Assembly (NCBI GenBank): GCA_024626585.2
Contig: JANKJI020000004.1
Location: 20,688,837 to 20,707,276 of the forward strand
Direction: 5' to 3'
Origin: Ginkgo biloba
Taxonomy: Eukaryota; Plantae; Ginkgophyta
Length of the DNA stretch: 18,440 bases
Positions 9,840-18,440 of the stretch are shown in pieces (within the stretch, counting starts at the first letter, position 1; each line of letters opens with the position of its first letter). The position numbers and the translations under genes were made by a program. Below the pieces are notes generated by a model that did not search any database, was not told where the DNA came from, and saw only the letters and a program-made list of their open reading frames with translations.

Positions 9840-10834
9840 AAGTTAACATTTCATTTACAAAATTCACTAAAATAAAACTATTATTGAGCTAGTATGGTGT
9901 TTCTTCAAAACCACTAGGATTGAAAAGTGAATTATGAAATATTCCCTAGTATCAAATTCTATAAGAGTTTATGAGTAGGTTGGATTGTTGAATAACATTA
10001 TATCACTAGAACTTATTAAACTACCCTTAGATATAATGAGGGTATCCATTTTGTAGAAGTGCATAAAGTCAGTATTAGGATTAGCGAGTTGAAATAGTTG
10101 ACAATATCTTTATGCATAATATTTATTTAACATCATGTGTTCAATTCTAATTATAATATTTTCACCCAAGACTAATGTCTAGATATATATCTAAGAATTT
10201 GATATGCCACTCTTCCTCCCTAGATAAAACTAATTATAATATGAGCTTGATATAAAAATGCATTTTTTTTATTTCCTTCATCTCATTCGTGTCCATGATG
10301 TTATGTATAATTTCATTTATCTTGGCATTGTACTAGAATATGAAACCTTATAACTCCTAATGCTTTATCCACTTCATCTTCATAATAATCTAATAATAGT
10401 ATACTTATTTCCTATAACTTTTGTATTCTATCTAGAAATTAGAAGATGGGTGTAGTCATACCATCTCTAATCCTATTTGAAGTAACTTATCATATAGTTT
10501 GGAAAATGAATTATGGAATCTCAATATTTTAAAAGCATCTTTAAATAGCTTATAGGGCTAAGAAAATCCCTACACTAGATCATTTTCTAACTACACTTAA
10601 AGTGGATTAAACATATAAATTTGAAGATCATTGGATGCTTATTAATAGAATTACTATCAAGTATACACATAAATGCATTATGTACAAAATATTATTTATT
10701 CTTAAATGAAATCCGTTGCTATTAATTCCAACACTTATTAAATAGTTTACCTCAATTGTAATTTTCTTTAATATTTACATGCCAATTTGCCTATTGCCCA
10801 CTCATAGCTTACTTACTCTTTTTTTATCTATCTA
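9840..10834 (-). mobile_element. Degenerate Ty3/gypsy pol fragment (integrase N-terminal zinc-binding region)
   Basis: The minus strand at ~10262-10190 reads AFLYQAHIIISFI*GGRVAYQILRY, resembling LxxAHxGxxGGHxGGRxxAxKILRxGYYWP. The remainder is too decayed to align by eye. Confidence 0.5.
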
Positions 10835-11030
10835 NNNNNNNNNNNNNNNNNNNNNNNNNNNNNNNNNNNNNNNNNNNNNNNNNNNNNNNNNNNNNNNNNN
10901 NNNNNNNNNNNNNNNNNNNNNNNNNNNNNNNNNNGCCGCCTGGGCTGACTACATTAATGGTGCAATCCATGGTTATCATGATGAATACTTTGCATATGGA
11001 TCAGCTAAGAAGAGTCCCCCTGGAGCTTAA

Positions 11031-12324
11031 ATAAATGATCATAATTCCTCCCCCTATCACGAGCCCTTTTTTATCTATAAAATAGCCCCTGAGGATCATC
11101 ATAAAATTATGCCAGTGAGTGCCCTTTTGACTTGTTTGGTTGAGGGAATACACACTCGTATCACGTGGCATCATCGCATGTTCCTGTCGAGGCATTTTCC
11201 TCTCAAATAAAATTGCACTCCTTTCCCCTTACATGAGGTCTCTTCGGGCAGACCCAAGATCTAGATACATGTTTCTTTTTTTTGTCGCTCAAAAAAATTA
11301 CACTCCTTTCCCCCTTAGACAAGGTCCCCATGGGAGATCCCAAGATCCAAATACGCATCACCTTTCTATAAGATTGGGATCATGGACCTTCTCATCTCTA
11401 CCTTGCACTCTAGTCTGGACGTTGCGAGGGGCTCTCGAGATGGTGCAACTTGGTGCCATTGTAGGACCCTTCCATTTTCCTTTTGTGCTTGGGACAAGGA
11501 CCCCCTTTCTTTCTCTTCAATATGAATCATAGGGCATGAGGGATGAGACCCCATGGCCCTCTTTTATATTTTAGTAGGGGCTCCTTCCACCATGGGGGGT
11601 GGGGCATTGGGATCCTAATATGTGGCATAATCCTGATGACCCAACCCTCACGATGACCTTTAATTATTGTACCACCCCCTTTTGGGTGCCCCGAGGAGAG
11701 GAGCTTTGAGGGGCAACCAAGTGTCATCCAGTCATACCCTTTTAACACCTTTTAGGGGAGAGCCCCAAGGGGGTGCCACCTGTTATACATTCGTGGACCC
11801 TGGAACCCGTAGCCCCTTTATCTTTTCTCTTAAGTGACCCCAATTTTCTCCAGCTCAAGAGACATGTGATCATACTACGTGGCACAATCATAATACTCTT
11901 GGACTCACTCACTATTTTCACAAATTACTTTAAGAATTATGGCATGGGGAGGAGTCCTGAATTATCATCATGTGTAGATATGTGTAGATCCTAATGATGC
12001 CATATCTCACATTAAATCCTTGTTCTACAAGTAAAGCAATAAACCATTTTATATAAGTATCAAGGCCCTTATAGGTATTCATTCAGATGAAAATAATTTA
12101 GTGGTTGAAACGTTCATGACTAGATTTTTTGTTCTCAAAGAACTGACCTTCCCCATCAACATGGTGATGGGAAGTGTCCATATTCGTTCTTTCATGTCAA
12201 CATTATAAAATGAGCATTCGAGAGGAGAACATATGACGCGATATTTAAACTTACTAAAAGATGCCCCTTATGAGATACGACGAAACCCAGGAGATTGGGA
12301 AATACCCCCTAAAAATATTGAGCA
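11031..12324. mobile_element. Probable decayed retroelement internal sequence
   Basis: Stop-interrupted coding-like sequence with G/C runs. The minus strand near 12070-12020 gives GLDTYIKWFIALL, weakly gag-like. No host protein was recognised. Confidence 0.3.
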
Positions 12325-12536
12325 NNNNNNNNNNNNNNNNNNNNNNNNNNNNNNNNNNNNNNNNNNNNNNNNNNNNNNNNNNNNNNNNNNNNNNNNNNNN
12401 NNNNNNNNNNNNNNNNNNNNNNNNCTATGTTCAGTAGAAAATTTATATCTGTCGTTAATAGTTCAACTCTCACAGAGTCGCCTCAGTTCCCTACACAACA
12501 TTGCGTGGAAATCCAGGGCCAGAAACAACAGCTTAC

Positions 12537-12560
12537 CTTGCGAGTCACCCAACCAGCCAT
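12537..12560 (-). CDS. Probable first coding exon (MAGWVTRK) of an unidentified host gene
   Basis: GCAATGGC start context, consensus donor AAG|GTAAGC, an in-frame upstream TAG and CpG-retaining surroundings (about 12440-12860). The intron runs into the 100-N gap at 12424. Confidence 0.55.
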
Positions 12561-14686
12561 TGCGACAAACCAGAGGACCTTCCCTTGAAGACTGCTCAGG
12601 GTTTCTTCTGATTCTTCATCGGCAGCCTACAAATTTCTTCAATATTATTGTGTTAAAAGCAACGCTAAATTTCCAAGTAATTCGCTAAATATATGAACTT
12701 TTACGGGACAGACTTCCGCACATTTTTTTCGAGGAAGCGCATTAGAGGATTTGGCTAAACCTTTTAATTATAGAATCTCCCGTAAGAGTACGCCGTCTTA
12801 TTCCATTCACGTACAATACAATTTGCTTTGTTTTGGGGTTGATCGTGTTGAAACGATTCTGATTTTTAAACAACATTAATTCAGAATTACTTTGTGGATT
12901 GATCTTGATTTTCTAAATGTTTGCAATAACGTTTCAAACCTATCATTCGCACACAACATTTGTGTTATTAAAACTATTTAACATAATTATTAGACAAAAG
13001 TTAGATAATAATAAGTAAATACATTTCGAAATATGTTTGTAAGTATTTAAAAGACTTCCAACGTAATATCTCTTTAAAAATGCAACATGTATTTTGGTTA
13101 TTTAAAGATCTATCTTCTATAACATGTTTAACAACATGGAATAATTTCACTCTTTGGAAGGTACAAGCCAAAGGGTGATATGGTTGATTTTATTTATATA
13201 TTTTAGTTGTAGTGGTTGCCGAGAGAAGTGGACTAAAGGGGCACCAATCTGTAGTCCTTTAATAATTTAAACAAATGAGAATAAAAGCATGAGGAATGGC
13301 ATTGTGTTTATGGTCGTCCTTCATTTTATTTCTAATCATTTTTTTATCTAACAGATTTTAAATAATTAAGAGTTTAGTAAAATTCAAGTTTTATAGAATG
13401 TGTTGAGTCAAATCCATATTTAAGGAAAAGAAAACCCTTAATCTAAATCCATAAGCAATTCCATCTCATCACTAGAATGGTTAATGGGTTTGTGCTCCTT
13501 AAGACAAGATGGCCTTCGTCAAGGCACTCACCAAGCTTGGTCATCCACATTCGCCTTTTTTTCATGGCACACATTTCCATCCCATACTCTTTGAATTTTG
13601 ATCTAATATTTGAATTTATTTTATTTCAATATCACCAATTTAAATTTCTAACTTTTTAGTGAGTGTTAAAGGTTTTGTAATTAAGGGTTATGTATGATAG
13701 AGAGACTAAATGGTCTAGAGGCTTTGGATTTATAATATTTAATAGAGGTGGTATTTGTGTATCTTGACATAGTTTGCAAGTTCTATTTTTTTATACTTTT
13801 GGTGAATAAGTTCTAACATNNNNNNNNNNNNNNNNNNNNNNNNNNNNNNNNNNNNNNNNNNNNNNNNNNNNNNNNNNNNNNNNNNNNNNNNNNNAGAAAA
13901 CACTCAGTTTATCCTCTTAATATATATGTGGACCAAAATAATAATGAAGAACAAAGTAAGCGATGATACAAAAGAGGAAGGGAATAAAGAAGAGAAGGAT
14001 GAGTGAACATTGGCCAAAAATAAAAGAGGGAAAATATTCATTTGAAAAGGAGAAGAATACACATATCATTTGCACTGTTTATTCTGTATCCACAAATTTC
14101 TAATGGATTTATGGTCGAAGGGTGTTTTTAATCCTTGGTTTGTTATATTTTCACAATGAATGACATATGAATTGCATATTTTTAAATTTTGCTGGGAAAT
14201 TTTACTAGGTAATTATAGGATTATAGAATCTGAATGAAATGAAGAATGATGTAGCTCATTGATTACATATTTCTAGTAGTTTCCATCTGATACTATGAAC
14301 TGTAAGGTTGAAGTCCATATTAAATTGACTTTTGAGAAGAAAAAATAATGAAATTATTGTTTATTTTGGAAATCCTCATGCTCTTTGTTATTATTATATG
14401 TATCTATATATGCTTTCATGAGCTACATGAAATTTTTAAATGATAAATTTAACAAAAGGTTGTCAATTCATAGCCTTTACTAATAATATTCCATAAAGTA
14501 GCCATACTAGTTATCTGTATTTGCCATGCACAACTCATGTATATAGCNNNNNNNNNNNNNNNNNNNNNNNNNNNNNNNNNNNNNNNNNNNNNNNNNNNNN
14601 NNNNNNNNNNNNNNNNNNNNNNNNNNNNNNNNNNNNNNNNNNNNNNNNNNNNNNNNNNNNNNNNNNNNNNNNNNNNNNNNNNNNNN

Positions 14687-15480
14687 TAAGGTGTCATTAT
14701 GATTATTATAAATTCATCATCTAGCAATGGCCATAAATTCATTGTCACTACCATAGGTTTCATGACCAAATGGGATAAATCCATTCCTACTAGAGAATAT
14801 GATTATTATACCACCAAGTAGTTCATCTATAACCAAATCATATATGTCAATTTGAATTCCCTCAAATAGTAATAATTGATAATATAACTACTTTTAATAA
14901 CTATATAATTCATGAATTATATAAAAGAGTAGGGATTACACATAGAAATTTAGCTCCCTACTATCCATAATAAATTTGTCAATTTAAATTATTTAACAAA
15001 ACTTTGGTTAATATTTTTTCAAAACTAATCTCACAATATAAGAGACACTAGCATACCAAACTATAAAAAAATATTTTATAGATTTTACTCCTATTTCTCT
15101 AGTATTTTTAATTGAATGTATATTACCCATAGAAATAGAGATCCTATCCATTTAAATCATAATTAATTAGGACCTTAACCAAGAAGAATTGATAGAATAT
15201 TACATGACTAAACTCAAATAATAAGATGAGGTTAGATAAAAGGATTTACAAGTATTGAATTTATACAATACTAAATGAAAGTAGGTTATGACTGGAATAT
15301 TAAATCAAGAATTTTTAAACTATAAGAGATCATTAAATGGTTTGACCAATCCTATGATAAGTAAAATAATGGAAAGGCCCATATGTGGTTGTCAAATCCC
15401 TAATAAAAGGGGCATATCATTTGTAACATAAATTGGAAGATTTTTTTATCACTTTATATAACAAGAGATCACTTGTGACT
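14687..15480 (+). mobile_element. Degenerate Ty3/gypsy (Tat/Ogre-like) integrase core and GPY/F tail
   Basis: Successive motifs with frameshifts and stops: *GVIMIIINSSSSNGHKFIVTTIGFMTKWDKSIP (cf. WGxDxIGxIxPxSSNGHKFIxxATDYFTKWVEAIP); FIYNQII..FEFPQIVIIDNITTFNN; GITHRNLAPYYP**ICQFKLFNKTLVNI; ILPIEIEI; WKGPYVVVKSLIKGAYHL at 15370. Confidence 0.9.
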
Positions 15481-16759
15481 CTTGAAATAGTATCATGGGG
15501 TAGATTAGGACCAACAATGCAATAAATTTGCCTCTTGGCACCCATCATATAATTATTTTATAATAATTAATAAAATGAGCAACCTAGTTCTATTTGTGCG
15601 TAGATCTTTATTATCTCTACTAGCTTCCAATAAGGTATTCTAAGCCTTCCAAGTCCTTTTTAAATTTCACTTTATCCAAATTTAGATTACCACTCTTTTT
15701 TNNNNNNNNNNNNNNNNNNNNNNNNNNNNNNNNNNNNNNNNNNNNNNNNNNNNNNNNNNNNNNNNNNNNNNNNNNNNNNNNNNNNNNNNNNNNNNNNNNN
15801 NAATCCATCAAATGGTAAGGAATTCTTGATGAAATGGTCATGACATAGGATATTCCCCTAGCCTACATATAGTATGTAGACAATGCACAAGAGTATTTTT
15901 AAGACTTGTCTTCCTGCTAGAGGTAGATATATCAATTGATCAAAATCATCCAAGTTTGAACCAACTCTGAAGTTCCTAACTTATCATTCCTAATAATTAT
16001 AATCCAAAGTTATAAAAGTTGGAGGTGTTTTCTACANNNNNNNNNNNNNNNNNNNNTTTTCTACATGTCCTAACTATCGTGATGCTCCACTAGAAAGTTA
16101 AGACCATATGAGAAAGGGATTTTCTTATTTAAAGGGATAAAAAGAGATGAAATAATTTTCTTCTGATTCACTCTTCCCTCACCAAGTACTTTAGATCCTC
16201 CAAGCTTGCACCCACACCATACAACACCAAGACATGTGCCTTCAAGAAGAGGATTTGTATAAAGTATTTTCCACTTATTCTCATCAAGTAGAAAATCTCA
16301 TTAANNNNNNNNNNNNNNNNNNNNNNNNNNNNNNNNNNNNNNNNNNNNNNNNNNNNNNNNNNNNNNNNNNNNNNNNNNNNNNNNNNNNNNNNNNNNNNCC
16401 CATCCCTTTCTCTTTTCCTCATGCAGACCTAAAAAAAAAGGAAAATTTTAGTCCATGCCTTATCCCATGTCATCTGTATCTGCATTGCCTACACCTTCCC
16501 CACTATCTTTCACTCGATTCCACTATTATTTGTTGAACAACTAGTGTTATTTCCCTTTACTCTAGTAAGGATATTTTCCTAGTTTAATTTTCTAACTAGT
16601 ACCATCATCCCATGCGNNNNNNNNNNNNNNNNNNNNNNNNNNNNNNNNNNNNNNNNNNNNNNNNNNNNNNNNNNNNNNNNNNNNNNNNNNNNNNATGATT
16701 ACTTTGCTTAAAGAATTCATGAGACTTGACATGAATTTCATGTACCAAAATGAAGTGTA

Positions 16760-16964
16760 GAAAGACCAAGGCTAATTAAATGTCTTAGGGGAAACATTTC
16801 TTTCTCAGTTTAAGATCCCCTAGATTGACATAGTAGTCCCTTGGTCGATCAAGGAGAAATATCAAAGTAAGTGATTGGCTTCTTCCTTAGGGGCACTTTC
16901 CCCCTAACTTGACCAGGGAGTGACATGACAACCAGGGCCCTTATTTTTCTTTAGTCAGTCAAGG
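16760..16964. repeat. LTR-like repetitive sequence resembling 2780-3040
   Basis: GACCAGGGAGTGAC (16911) resembles GATCAGGGAGTG (2789) and GATCAGGGAATGA (2971); recurrent CCCT/AGGG motifs. Confidence 0.3.
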
Positions 16965-17187
16965 NNNNNNNNNNNNNNNNNNNNNNNNNNNNNNNNNNNN
17001 NNNNNNNNNNNNNNNNNNNNNNNNNNNNNNNNNNNNNNNNNNNNNNNNNNNNNNNNNNNNNNNNAAAAAAAAAAGAGCATAATAAATATAAATTTGCCAA
17101 TTAAAATAGGAAAAAAAAATGCAAGCTAGAGTTTGAAGCCCCTACTTCAAAAGTAGAACAATAATAAAGTCCAAATTGATAATTAGA

Positions 17188-17314
17188 TTACGTCAAATAA
17201 ACAAAGCGATCTGAAACGAGATTATTACAAAGCTTTTAACAATAACCACAAATCATCAATTTGTTTTCCATCCCTGTGTGTAAGATATAATTGAACGCCG
17301 AGGGAGTTTTATAA
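17188..17314 (+). promoter_or_regulatory. Putative proximal promoter of the EamA/WAT1-related gene
   Basis: TTACGTCA (bZIP-type ACGT box, 17188-17195) and TATAA candidates at 17286 and 17310, in CpG-retaining sequence upstream of the ATG at 17443. Confidence 0.35.
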
Positions 17315-17442
17315 GCGATCCGGACCTCGTGGCTTCGGTGAAGCACACTGAAGCAAGTATTCACCCTTTGACTTCCTGAAGTCCTGAAGTGCTATCTCAA
17401 CTGCCCCTTCACCAACTTCTCAATAAAAAATTTCATCTTGCC

Positions 17443-18021
17443 ATGGAAAATTGCATTTTGATACATAGATTTGGGCCCCTCTTGTTGCACGATAGATGTT
17501 CAAGTCTTAGCTGGTCCGGTTCTCTTCGTGCAAATTCTTCGAAGATTCCTTTTCAGAGCAATAGAAGCGCATATTTGGAGCCAGCCCATCTCTTTAATTC
17601 TTCTCAAAATGCAAAACTTCCCTGTTTCACCAAGCAATACAAGCCTCTGTTGCATAGAATTGGCAAATGCAGTCATAAAATTCAATGCAAGAGAAACAAT
17701 TCAGAGATGCCTCCAAACCCAGCAATAACAATTCCTGAAAGCCCAGAGAGGTCTAAGACAAGTTTGGGAATGGATTCTTCAGTAGAAATGGATTGCATTG
17801 GGACTGGATTGGATGTGGAGTGTGTTATCTCTCCTAGTACTACAGATGATAATGCCAAACCCTCTGATTTCGAGGTCGAAAAATTGTTGCCCAACTCATC
17901 TAGCTTTGATATATCAGACCAGAAAGAAGAGTTTGGGGGAATCAATGCAATTCTGGATGTACTTTTGTTGATTTCTCCATTTTGTGCAAGCAATCTTTCA
18001 CCATTTAGTTGTTCAATTTGA
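17443..18021 (+). CDS. Chloroplast EamA/WAT1-related (drug/metabolite transporter) protein, At3g02690-like; N-terminal part only, homology ends at 17982, probably disrupted
   Basis: ATG in GCCATGG context and a Ser-rich, basic transit-peptide-like N-terminus. DCIGTGLDVECV and LLISPF match the recalled DCVGxGxDVECV ... VLISPFFFWGTAMVAMK of this family. After ISPF the frame continues into unrelated CASNLSPFSCSI*. Confidence 0.85.
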   Translation: MENCILIHRFGPLLLHDRCSSLSWSGSLRANSSKIPFQSNRSAYLEPAHLFNSSQNAKLPCFTKQYKPLLHRIGKCSHKIQCKRNNSEMPPNPAITIPESPERSKTSLGMDSSVEMDCIGTGLDVECVISPSTTDDNAKPSDFEVEKLLPNSSSFDISDQKEEFGGINAILDVLLLISPFCASNLSPFSCSI

Positions 18022-18440
18022 GTACCATGTTATGTTTCTTTTCCATCGATCGCCTCCCCCCCTACAGATTTTCTTTGGATGCACCTCCTCATTTTCTCCC
18101 TCCTAAAGGGGAGTTTAATGAGGCCATCAGGAGTTTCATTCATAACACTTGGATCTCACCTTCACAACCACTCAACCCCAAACTTGCCTTTTATTCAAAG
18201 AATTTCCTTCATATTTTAGATGGGGTTATTATTTGACCAGATTATCTTCAGCACCATTGGTCTCATGGTCTCAGATTCCCCCTTGGCCAACTCAAAGTTT
18301 GTTCACATCAGTTACAAGTGGAGACGGATCATCATAAGCCTAGAGGGAAATGAATATGCAAGCTTTGCTCTTTACCGAAGGATGAGACAAAGGAGCACTT
18401 TATTTTTTGTTGCCTGGTTTACTATGAGATCAGGGGCAAA
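17983..18440. mobile_element. Probable inserted element (LTR-like) interrupting the EamA/WAT1-related exon
   Basis: Begins TGT exactly where protein homology stops, with no N-gap at the junction. The other end and any target-site duplication lie outside the window. Confidence 0.45.

Noticed and set aside
12233-12688. 151-aa ORF, and the other ORFs containing X runs
   Set aside because: They are open only because they read through N-gaps; here the real signal is on the opposite strand.
14449-14517. Possible minus-strand terminal exon (CAG|ITSMATLWNIISKGYELTTFC*)
   Set aside because: No family was recognised and the acceptor lacks a polypyrimidine tract.
16028-16065. TTTTCTACA on both sides of a 20-N gap, like a 9-bp target-site duplication
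   Set aside because: More simply explained as overlapping contig ends around a placeholder gap.
17471-17993. Overlapping ORFs of 85, 61 and 103 aa, and the upstream GTG start at 17389
   Set aside because: They are shadows of the EamA/WAT1-related exon; the ATG at 17443 has the proper eukaryotic context.
3250-18021. Five gene fragments as a functional cluster or one giant gene-capturing element
   Set aside because: The functions are unrelated, they sit in four different blocks separated by 100-N joins, and no shared terminal repeats or Helitron ends were seen.

Overview
AT-rich nuclear DNA of a large-genome seed plant (gymnosperm-like by character; the taxon cannot be fixed from sequence) from a fragmented draft assembly. 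It has 19 N-gaps. Eight are exactly 100 N and split the window into nine blocks that may not be true neighbours. Much of the window is heavily decayed Ty3/gypsy (Tat/Ogre-like) retrotransposon debris: gag, CHHC knuckle, protease, integrase and LTR-like repeats. Five host-gene pieces are embedded, four of them missing from the ORF track. (1) Exons 1-4 of a secreted GH27 alpha-galactosidase on the minus strand (3959->3250), with a TATA box and a DRE+ABRE pair upstream. (2) A pseudogenised first coding exon of a Tubby-like F-box gene (6677-7027). (3) The C-terminal tip of a receptor-like kinase (9714-9829, minus). (4) A probable 8-codon first coding exon, MAGWVTRK (12537-12560, minus). (5) The 5' part of a chloroplast EamA/WAT1-related transporter (At3g02690-like, from 17443), broken without a gap at 17983 by unrelated, probably LTR-derived DNA. 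I found no convincing novel multi-gene system. All homology calls come from manual translation and recalled family motifs, not database searches.
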